Shown in pieces: positions 56,368-64,000 of a stretch of 64,000 nucleotides of DNA. This DNA is from Minisyncoccota bacterium. GTDB lineage: Bacteria > Patescibacteriota > Minisyncoccia > Phycocordibacterales > SBAW01. The translations under genes and the position numbers were made by a program. The notes under the pieces are model-generated. The model was not told the DNA's origin. It saw only the letters and a program-made list of their open reading frames with translations, and searched no databases. Position 1 is the stretch's first letter, and every line of letters starts with the position of its first letter. The stretch lies in contig DATKGU010000003.1 in the NCBI GenBank assembly GCA_035510635.1, forward strand, positions 662 through 64,661, in the 5' to 3' direction.

Positions 56368-57744
56368 TTATTGCGACTGGACGCCCGGCAAATATGACAA
56401 GGGGTTTAAATAAGCGGAGAGGTCTGCTACCGGCATGGTGTAGGTTTTGCCGGGGCATCCCGAGCTTGCAAATGAAGCGATTTCTGACCCTGCCGAGGCA
56501 TACACGCCAAAGTGGAGATGCGGGCCGGTGGCGTAGCCGGTGGTGTCGGAGTAGCCTATCACTTCTCCGGTGGTCACTGTGTCACCTTTGGCAACGGCAA
56601 AGCTTGCGAGGTGGCCGTAGAGGGTTGAGAGACCGTTGTCGTGCTTGATAAATATCCATTTGCCAAACGAGGCGCCGGGGCATGTGAGGTCGGTATTGCC
56701 GGTGCCGAGCACCACGCCTTCGCGTGCGGCAAGGACCGGCGTGCCGGGGCTTGCGGCAAGGTCAACACCGCTGTGGCCATGGCCGCTGTATATTTGCGGG
56801 TTGGCCGTGGCAAAGGGCGTGTTGCCAAAGTATTGGGTAATACAGGATATGTATCCTTGGCCTGCCGGCGCAGGGCAAGCGCCGCCATACACACCTGCAA
56901 GCGGCCATTGCAAGGCGCCCTGCCCCGTCGAGGGCAAGCTCGTTGCGTTAAACGAGAGATTGAGTTTGCTCTGGAAGCTTAACAAATCGCTTTCAAACCC
57001 CGCCTCTTCTTTTTGCTTTTCGGCAATTTGCGATTGGTAAAGACTTTCCTGATTTTTTGTTTGGGTAAGAAGTTTTGTTTGGCTGTCTTTGGAGATAGAA
57101 AGGCCTTGCTGCTGCTCGGCGAGCGTTTGTTGATAGGCAGCGAGCTGTGCTTTTTGCGCTTCGGCAGCAGTTTCGTTTGTTTTGAGTGTCGTCTTAAGCG
57201 AATTTAAATCGTCTATTTTGTTTTCGAGGTCGGTGCGGACCGAAGCGAGCGTGGTCTCTTCATCAAAAAACGACGATATCGTCCCGCCGCTTAAGAGCAC
57301 TGCAAGCAACGACTCGTTGTCCAAGCTATCCAGCTGGCGGAGTGAATCGCCTATTTCGTTTTGCATTTCGCCTATTTGCGTCGTGGTGGTTGAGATGGTG
57401 GTGTTTATCTGGTTTATTTGCGAATCTTTTTGTTTGATTTGTGCTTGTGCCAGCGTAATGCTTTTTTGGAGTTTTTGAATATTAAGATTGAGCGCCGCAA
57501 CCGCGTTTTGGAGCGTCAATTTTTGAGCACTCGTAGTTGTTAATTGGCTCTGTAACTTGGTGATATCGTCTTGGAGCTGTTTAATTTGCGCGTTGGTTTG
57601 GTCGATTTGCGCTTGGAGTGTCGAGGTTGAGGTTGTACTCTGCGCTTGCGAGTGCGGTGCTTGTGCAAACAAGAGCACCATTGAAGCGCCTAGCATCATA
57701 GACAGAAAAAAAACACCTGCACGCGTCGGGAGTTGGCGTCGCAT
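56368..57744 (-). CDS. Coiled-coil plus M23 peptidase (murein hydrolase/activator)
   Basis: Signal peptide, coiled coil, HSGVD, YGHL, GPHLHF. Confidence 0.92.
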   Translation of the reverse strand: MRRQLPTRAGVFFLSMMLGASMVLLFAQAPHSQAQSTTSTSTLQAQIDQTNAQIKQLQDDITKLQSQLTTTSAQKLTLQNAVAALNLNIQKLQKSITLAQAQIKQKDSQINQINTTISTTTTQIGEMQNEIGDSLRQLDSLDNESLLAVLLSGGTISSFFDEETTLASVRTDLENKIDDLNSLKTTLKTNETAAEAQKAQLAAYQQTLAEQQQGLSISKDSQTKLLTQTKNQESLYQSQIAEKQKEEAGFESDLLSFQSKLNLSFNATSLPSTGQGALQWPLAGVYGGACPAPAGQGYISCITQYFGNTPFATANPQIYSGHGHSGVDLAASPGTPVLAAREGVVLGTGNTDLTCPGASFGKWIFIKHDNGLSTLYGHLASFAVAKGDTVTTGEVIGYSDTTGYATGPHLHFGVYASAGSEIASFASSGCPGKTYTMPVADLSAYLNPLSYLPGVQSQ

Positions 57745-57753
57745 CTATCTATT

Positions 57754-59088
57754 TTAAAGCATTTCGGCCGCTTTCTCAATGCGCAGAAGCGTTTTTTGCT
57801 TCCCTATAAGACTTGCGAGCACAAAAGGGTCGGGCGATTTTTCCTTGCCCGAAAGGGCTACGCGCATAGGCCACAGCACCGCTGCCCTACCCACCTCGGT
57901 AGCATAAGGGAATATTGTGTCTTTTACTTTTTCAGCGGTGAAATCTTTGTCACTCACCTGTTGGAGTAGTTCACCAACTTTTTGGAGGTTGGTTTTAACG
58001 ACGCCCGTTTCGGCTTTTGCACCTTGGAGGAGGAGTAGAGGGTCGACAGTGATGCTGGCCTCCATAAATGCAAACTCGCCCGTCCGCAAAAGCTCAGCAG
58101 CTTCGCCTAAGGTTTGAGCACGAGCCTGGAGCTCAGGAGCAATATCAATAAGATACTCGGGAGCCTTTTCTTTATGCTCTTCTAAAAATTCGCGCAACCG
58201 CATCTCGTACTCCGCATTACTTAAACGTTTTATGTGCTGGGCATTTATCCAATTTAATTTTACGATATCAAAGACGGCTCCGCTTTTTTGTACATTATCG
58301 AAACTAAATGCCCCCACCAGTTCATTAAGGGTAAAAAGTTCCTGCTCGGTGCCGGGGTTCCATCCCAAGAGAGCAAGGTAGTTTATAAGTGCCTCCGGCA
58401 AGTATCCAAGTGCGCGGTACTCATTGACCGACACGGCGCCGTGGCGCTTCGAGAGCTTTGTTTTATCGGGTGCCAAAATAAGAGGCATATGGGCATAGAC
58501 AGGGCGCGGGAAACCAAGCGCTTCAATAAGCACTATCTGGCGTGGGGTGTTTGATATGTGATCTTCTCCGCGTATGACGTGCGTTACACCCATTTCAAAA
58601 TCATCTATAACCACCGCCAAGTGATAGAGGGGTTCGTTCATACTGCGTGCAATAACAAAGTCGCCCAGTTCGGTAGTATCAAAAGTAACTTCGCCGCGAA
58701 TCAGGTCGCTAAAGGTGATTACTTTGTTGGGGTTTTTAAAGCGCACGACATGAGTGCCCGGATTGTTTTCGGACTCCTCTGCTTCGTAGGCTAAACCTTT
58801 TTCCACCAGCTGAGTAAAATATTTTTTATACACCTCTGCGCGCTCTGACTGCCGCACTATGTTCGGTGTTTGATACGGTAGGCCAAGCCACCGTAGCCCC
58901 TCGTAAATATCATCCTCAAACTCTTTTTTACTGCGCTCTTTGTCGGTGTCCTCAAAGCGCAAAAACATAGTGCCGCCGTGATGCGCAGCGAAAAGATAGT
59001 TAAACAAAGCGGTACGCACGCCGCCAATATGCAAAAAGCCGGTTGGGCTTGGAGGAAACCTGGTAACGACGGTGTTGTTATTGTTCAT
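57754..59088 (-). CDS. gltX: Glutamyl-tRNA synthetase
   Basis: RFPPSPTGFLHIGG, KLSKR. Confidence 0.97.
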   Translation of the reverse strand: MNNNNTVVTRFPPSPTGFLHIGGVRTALFNYLFAAHHGGTMFLRFEDTDKERSKKEFEDDIYEGLRWLGLPYQTPNIVRQSERAEVYKKYFTQLVEKGLAYEAEESENNPGTHVVRFKNPNKVITFSDLIRGEVTFDTTELGDFVIARSMNEPLYHLAVVIDDFEMGVTHVIRGEDHISNTPRQIVLIEALGFPRPVYAHMPLILAPDKTKLSKRHGAVSVNEYRALGYLPEALINYLALLGWNPGTEQELFTLNELVGAFSFDNVQKSGAVFDIVKLNWINAQHIKRLSNAEYEMRLREFLEEHKEKAPEYLIDIAPELQARAQTLGEAAELLRTGEFAFMEASITVDPLLLLQGAKAETGVVKTNLQKVGELLQQVSDKDFTAEKVKDTIFPYATEVGRAAVLWPMRVALSGKEKSPDPFVLASLIGKQKTLLRIEKAAEML

Positions 59089-60208
59089 GGGAGACAGCTA
59101 TATCGAGCAATACGTTGGCTATGGTTTTGGCGGCATCGGGGCGGGCAAAGTTTTTGGCCGCGTTTTGCATCGTGCGCAAGGTGTCGGGGTGGGCCACGAT
59201 GCGCTCGATTTCGGATACTAACACACCCGAGGTGAGATTGCGCTGCTCAATCACTACTCCCCCGCCATGGCGCGCGTAGGTAAAGGCATTGATGGTTTGG
59301 TCGTGTGAAGTGGGCTCGGGTATCGGGATGAGTATCGAGGGTATGCCCCACATGGCTGCCTCAAATATATTGCCCGCTCCTGCGCGCGAGATAATGAGCG
59401 CGGCGGCGCCGGCCGCCATGTGCGTTGCAACATCGTTGAGATACTCAAACGGTTTGTAACGCTCGGCTATGAGCGAGTCGGTAAGCACCACGCGCGCGCG
59501 GCCCTCTACCTCTTTAATATTGGCGCGGCCGGTTTGATGTATCAGCTGGTATTTGTTGATTAATTGCGGCAATGCGTCGAGGATGGCGTCGTTGATTGTT
59601 TGAGAGCCTTGGCTCCCGCCGGTCACGACGATAATCGGCAGGTCATGGCGGAGTTTAAGAAACTCATAGGCACCTTCGCGCGCCGGTATCATTACCTCTT
59701 TGCGTATGGGGTAGCCCGTGTGCGCCACTTTTTCTTTAGGAAAAAACTCCGCGCCTTCGGCAAATGAGACGGCTATTTTTTTTGCAAATTTTGCCGCCCA
59801 TTTGTTAACGCGGCCCGGGTCGACATCGCACTGGAGTATCACCACCGGGATGCGAAAGAGTCGCGCCGCAAGCAGTGTTGGAAACGCCATATAGCCGCCG
59901 GTCGAAAATACGACATCCGGGTAAAGGAAAAATATGCGCAACACGGAGCGGAACACTCCCCACCCCGTTTTAAAATAATCAAAAAAATTGAGGATCGAAA
60001 AATAGTTGCGGATTTTGCCCGCTGCCACCGGGACAAACGTGAGGTTGTTGGCCACGAGGAGCTCGCGGTCGTATGGGTCGGATGCGGCATAAAAAAGCTG
60101 CGGCTCGAGCAGTTTGCGCTCGCGCACCTCCTCGTTGAGCGCCTCGGCTACCGCAATGATGGGGTAAAAATGGCCTCCTGTTTTCCCGCCGGTAAAAAGT
60201 ATTTTCAT
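59078..60208 (-). CDS. murG: MurG glycosyltransferase
   Basis: TGGKTGGHFYP, GGSQGS, ISRAGA. Confidence 0.95.
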   Translation of the reverse strand: MKILFTGGKTGGHFYPIIAVAEALNEEVRERKLLEPQLFYAASDPYDRELLVANNLTFVPVAAGKIRNYFSILNFFDYFKTGWGVFRSVLRIFFLYPDVVFSTGGYMAFPTLLAARLFRIPVVILQCDVDPGRVNKWAAKFAKKIAVSFAEGAEFFPKEKVAHTGYPIRKEVMIPAREGAYEFLKLRHDLPIIVVTGGSQGSQTINDAILDALPQLINKYQLIHQTGRANIKEVEGRARVVLTDSLIAERYKPFEYLNDVATHMAAGAAALIISRAGAGNIFEAAMWGIPSILIPIPEPTSHDQTINAFTYARHGGGVVIEQRNLTSGVLVSEIERIVAHPDTLRTMQNAAKNFARPDAAKTIANVLLDIAVSHEQ

Positions 60209-60224
60209 AAAAGTAGTAGTAACG

Positions 60225-61328
60225 CTATGCCTGCTTCATCCGCCTAGAGACGCTGAGTATCATGCCCACTTCGCAAAGCGATATGGCAAGCGCCGTGCCG
60301 CCATGAGAGACAAAGATGAGCGGGACGCCGATAAGCGGCACCAGCCCCAACGCCGAGGCGATATTGAAAAACGATTGCCCGATAATGAGTATAACAAGGC
60401 CGGTGGCTATGAGTCCACCAAACGGATCGGCGGCCCGAGCCGCGATGCGCAAGCCCAAGAGGCCAAATGCCAGATATAAAAGGACGAGCGCTGTGGCTCC
60501 TATAAAGCCAAACTCTTCGCCGGCGACCGCAAAAATAGAGTCGCCGCTCGGTTCCGGCAGGTACGAAAACTTTTCAATGCCTTGGCCAAAGCCGCGGCCG
60601 GTGAGACCTCCGGAGCCGACCGCAATGAGCGACTGTTGTATTTGCCAGCCGGCGCCCTGCGGGTCGCTCGTTTGATGCAAGAAGGTTTCGATGCGTTGTG
60701 CAATGTACGGCCGCTCGTAGGCCGCACCTGCCACTGCAATGATTCCGATGAGTGCAAGCAGTAAGAGATGCGACATGCGGCCGCCTGCGGCAAAAAGTAT
60801 TGCAACCGAAGCTGCGCCGATGATTATGACGCCGGCCGTGTCGGGTTGTATGATTAAAATAAGAGCCGCGCTCCCGGCAACGAGTGCCAACGGCACGATG
60901 CCGCCAAGCAGCGTGCTCGTTTTTTTAAGTCGGGTTGAGTAAATGGCGGCGAGGAACATGACCGTGGCAAACTTGAGCACCTCCTCGGGTTGGAAGGACA
61001 CCGGCCCGACCACTATCCAGCGCGCGGCGCCCTTAAGCGAGAGGCCGATGTGCGGCACAAAAGTAAGGAGCGACAAAAAAAGTGCGAACACAAAAAAATA
61101 AATGGTGTATGGGCGCCACACGCGATAGTCGATGCGCGCAAAAAAGATAAGCCCAATGCCACCCATCACGAGGCCAAGTAAGAGCTGGCTTACCGCCGCC
61201 GAGGTAAATGAGGCGCCGCCGTCTTCGGCCAAGAGCGAGAGCGAAGCCGAGGTAAAAATAAGAAGACCTGAAACAAGGAGCGCACACAACACGAGAAGAA
61301 ACGGAGCATCTATTGATTTTTTACTCAT
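60225..61328 (-). CDS. ftsW: SEDS protein FtsW
   Basis: GAARW, FQPEE, GEEFG, SHGGT; between mraY and murG. Confidence 0.92.
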   Translation of the reverse strand: MSKKSIDAPFLLVLCALLVSGLLIFTSASLSLLAEDGGASFTSAAVSQLLLGLVMGGIGLIFFARIDYRVWRPYTIYFFVFALFLSLLTFVPHIGLSLKGAARWIVVGPVSFQPEEVLKFATVMFLAAIYSTRLKKTSTLLGGIVPLALVAGSAALILIIQPDTAGVIIIGAASVAILFAAGGRMSHLLLLALIGIIAVAGAAYERPYIAQRIETFLHQTSDPQGAGWQIQQSLIAVGSGGLTGRGFGQGIEKFSYLPEPSGDSIFAVAGEEFGFIGATALVLLYLAFGLLGLRIAARAADPFGGLIATGLVILIIGQSFFNIASALGLVPLIGVPLIFVSHGGTALAISLCEVGMILSVSRRMKQA

Positions 61329-61341
61329 GGCGGTCCTTTTG

Positions 61342-62397
61342 CTACAAAAGCGCGATACTCATGCCAATAATAGCCGCGACCACACCCACTATCCAATAGC
61401 GCATCACTACTTTGTACGGAGGCCACCCGATTGCCTCAAAGTGATGGTGTAGCGGCGCAATGCGGAATATTTTTTTGTGCAGTATTTTTTTGCCGAGGAT
61501 TTGGATGATGTTTGAACACACGGTTGCCACGAGAGGCAGCGCAATAATGGGGAGCACGGTGACTCCCCTGCCGCCACCCAACGTGTCGGTCAAAAAGGCG
61601 ATGACGGTAAGCACGAGGGTCAGCCCCATAGTGCCCGTCTCGGAGAGATAAAAGCGCGCGGGAGGTATGTTAAACCATAAAAAGGCCAACAACCCTCCGG
61701 CAATTGCCGCCGAGAGTGCGGCAATGTCCATTTGGTCTTGAAAAAATGCGATACCCGCATACGCGGCAAATATGGTGGAAAAAATCCCGCCCGCCAGGCC
61801 ATCGATGCCGTCGATAACACCGCCTGCATATATAAAGAGTGCCACCAAGACAAAAAACGGTATAAACCACAGGCCAAGCTGGAGTGGTCCGCCTATAAAA
61901 GGAAAAGAAATTGAACTTACGCCAAGTTTGTCATAAAACCACCATGCGCACAAAAGCGCCACCACAGCGATAATCGAGAGGCGCGCGCGCAGCGGTATCC
62001 CGTGTTGACCGCGCACTTCATAAAGGTCGTCGAGGAATCCGACGAGTGATCCCACCATAAGCGCGGCAAGCGGCACCCATGTTTGATTGCGGCTGATAAA
62101 GGCGAGCGCCTCAAACGCATTGGGAAAGAGCACCCACAACAATTGCAAAAGGCCAGCCGTAAGCAGCACGCTCCCCCATACGATGACGCCGCCAAAAAAC
62201 GGCGTGCCCGTGTCTCTGCCTTCGTGTAGCTGGTTGCGCACCGTTGCGGGAGTGCCGTCGAGCGCCATCTTGCCCGCTTTGGGCTTCCACATTTTATGTT
62301 TATAAAGAAACGGCGTGATAAATGGCGTGATGCCGATGCCAAATAAAAAGGACATCGTTGCAGGAATAAAAATGAGCATGACGTTGTGGGTAATCAT
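61342..62397 (-). CDS. mraY: Phospho-MurNAc-pentapeptide transferase
   Basis: GFLDD, DGIDGLA, APLHHHFE. Confidence 0.95.
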   Translation of the reverse strand: MITHNVMLIFIPATMSFLFGIGITPFITPFLYKHKMWKPKAGKMALDGTPATVRNQLHEGRDTGTPFFGGVIVWGSVLLTAGLLQLLWVLFPNAFEALAFISRNQTWVPLAALMVGSLVGFLDDLYEVRGQHGIPLRARLSIIAVVALLCAWWFYDKLGVSSISFPFIGGPLQLGLWFIPFFVLVALFIYAGGVIDGIDGLAGGIFSTIFAAYAGIAFFQDQMDIAALSAAIAGGLLAFLWFNIPPARFYLSETGTMGLTLVLTVIAFLTDTLGGGRGVTVLPIIALPLVATVCSNIIQILGKKILHKKIFRIAPLHHHFEAIGWPPYKVVMRYWIVGVVAAIIGMSIALL

Positions 62398-63326
62398 TGT
62401 TGTGCAAGTTCTGCCTGTCGGCTCGCGTTTACCAAGGTGCGTATGTCATCGAAACGGCCCTCTTCGGTCGAACCAAGGACGACAGCGACAAGCGGATGGT
62501 TTATATCAATATCATACGCCATAACTAAGTTGCCGCCCGCCAAGTCAGTGTATCCTGTTTTTGCGGCAATAAAACCCGGGATATCTTGGAGCGGGAGGGC
62601 TGTGGCTGCTGCGGTTACCGGGTGTCCGCTTGCGTCTACGGTAACCGATGGATTTGAAGAAATCTCAAAATATTGCGGATAGTTTTTTAAAAAATCGCTT
62701 GCGAGCAATGCCACATCGTAGGCTGAGCCGTACGCGCCCGACGTATTTTTGTCGATATCAAGGCCGGTTGGATTGAGGAAGTACGTGTGCGTCAGGCCGA
62801 GCTTGCTCGCGCCCTCGTTCATATCGGTAAGAGAGTTGTTGCCCAAAGAGCCTGCGGCCGCGGCCATTGCGTAGTTTGAGGACGCCGCAAGGCCAATGCG
62901 CACGAGATCGCTCACCTTAAGCACATCGCCCACTTTAAGGACCAAGTCTGCCGCATCATTGTCGGTTGAGATATCTTTTTCCGAGATAGTGACAAGCGTT
63001 GTGGTTGGCACCGAAGAGAGCACTGTTTGCGCGGTCATGAGCTTAGTGAGCGACGCAAGCGGGAGCGTGAGCTCTGCATTTTTTTGATACAAGATTTGTT
63101 TTGTGGTCGGGTCGTACACCACGGCCGCTTTGGCGCTTAAGGAGCCGAGCGGCAGCTCAAAGGCCAGAGAAGTCATTTTTTTTGGCTGCACATGAGCTGA
63201 AAACACGGCCGTTTTGTATGCATACAGCAAAAAAATAATGCCCGCACAGGCACAGAGCCCTGCACCGAGAAGTAAGACAGGCATCGGCACCGATTTTGAT
63301 AATTTTGATAAGCGCGCAAATGTCAT
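62394..63326 (-). CDS. D-Ala-D-Ala carboxypeptidase (S11)
   Basis: ASLTKLMT, SSN, NPTGLD, KTG; start uncertain. Confidence 0.9.
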   Translation of the reverse strand: MTFARLSKLSKSVPMPVLLLGAGLCACAGIIFLLYAYKTAVFSAHVQPKKMTSLAFELPLGSLSAKAAVVYDPTTKQILYQKNAELTLPLASLTKLMTAQTVLSSVPTTTLVTISEKDISTDNDAADLVLKVGDVLKVSDLVRIGLAASSNYAMAAAAGSLGNNSLTDMNEGASKLGLTHTYFLNPTGLDIDKNTSGAYGSAYDVALLASDFLKNYPQYFEISSNPSVTVDASGHPVTAAATALPLQDIPGFIAAKTGYTDLAGGNLVMAYDIDINHPLVAVVLGSTEEGRFDDIRTLVNASRQAELAQQ

Positions 63327-63327
63327 G

Positions 63328-63903
63328 TTAGGAAGTGTGCGGCGCTTCATCCTCTTTGGCACGATACGCGGCTTCGAGCTGCTCTAATTTGGCGCGCGTT
63401 GCGGCATAGTCCGGGAGCTCCGTTTTGCTGTGTATGCCAAGCTCGGCAAACGCTTCGGTGGTGGGCTCGTATAAAAATGAGCGCTCGTCTTTGGGGTTGG
63501 GTATTTTACGCACGAGGCCGCGCATCGTGAGTGTGCGCAGCGTTTGCGTGGAGTTGACGCCGCGGATAAAGTCGACCTCCGCGCGCGTAAGCGGGCCGCG
63601 ATAGAGTATGGCGGCAAGCGCCTCGAGCCCTGCTTTGCCAATGTCGCGCGCGTACTCTTCTTTTTGGATTTGCTCGACTAACTCGGCCGTCTCAGCCCCT
63701 GTGCGCAACTCGAGCGTGGTGCCATCGTCTATCAGGGTAATGCCTCCCGTGTCACGGGCGGCAAATATAAGAAGCGCCGCCCGTATTTCTTCTTCTGAGA
63801 TTTGTAGTTTTTTAGCAATTTTCTGCTTTGAAACAGGCCGACCGAGCGCAAACAAAAGCGCTTCTATATGTGCGGCTATTTTTAGTGGCGTGTGTTCATT
63901 CAT
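63328..63903 (-). CDS. scpB: Segregation/condensation protein ScpB
   Basis: IEALLF, LEALAAILYRGPLTRAEVDFIRGVNS. Confidence 0.95.
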   Translation of the reverse strand: MNEHTPLKIAAHIEALLFALGRPVSKQKIAKKLQISEEEIRAALLIFAARDTGGITLIDDGTTLELRTGAETAELVEQIQKEEYARDIGKAGLEALAAILYRGPLTRAEVDFIRGVNSTQTLRTLTMRGLVRKIPNPKDERSFLYEPTTEAFAELGIHSKTELPDYAATRAKLEQLEAAYRAKEDEAPHTS

Positions 63904-64000
63904 ACGATGGAGTAGACACGCTGTCGGACTCAAGCGTTATATCGCCATGCTCGCCCTCTTGCGTTGCTCTGATTATACCTTGTTTAACGAGCTCTAATAA

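Noticed and set aside
1-64000. CRISPR array, cas genes or rRNA
   Set aside because: No regularly spaced direct repeats, cas motifs or rRNA-like tracts seen

Overview
Bacterial chromosomal window whose gene content and compact style suggest a Patescibacteria (CPR, Parcubacteria-like) genome; this is inferred, not proven. Bases 1-~10,400 are the right part of an integrative element that probably continues past the left edge. It carries two HEPN-motif proteins, a PaeR7I/XhoI-type restriction-modification pair, a membrane-anchored repeat protein, an orphan winged-helix protein, two divergent paralogous ~65-aa proteins, two strongly structured non-coding regions and a large serine recombinase. The recombinase ORF runs antisense through the 3' exon of a tRNA-Asn(GUU) gene and stops inside a 235-nt group I intron that splits that tRNA in its anticodon. 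The remainder is mostly housekeeping: translation (fmt, def, frr, proS, lysS, cysS, gltX, typA, rplU, rplI, rpmA), cell wall and division (murA, two mreB, mreC, pbp2, mraZ-rsmH-ftsL-ftsI-murF, mraY-ftsW-murG) and DNA metabolism (dnaB, recR, nth, alkA, rmuC, scpB), plus tRNA-Glu and tRNA-Pro. Also visible: pervasive leaderless-type promoters, palindromic DNA inserted in frame in several core genes, long intergenic inverted repeats, and a free-standing ~170-nt candidate sRNA near 52.5 kb. No CRISPR array or rRNA was seen. All calls come from motif recognition by eye; no searches were run.
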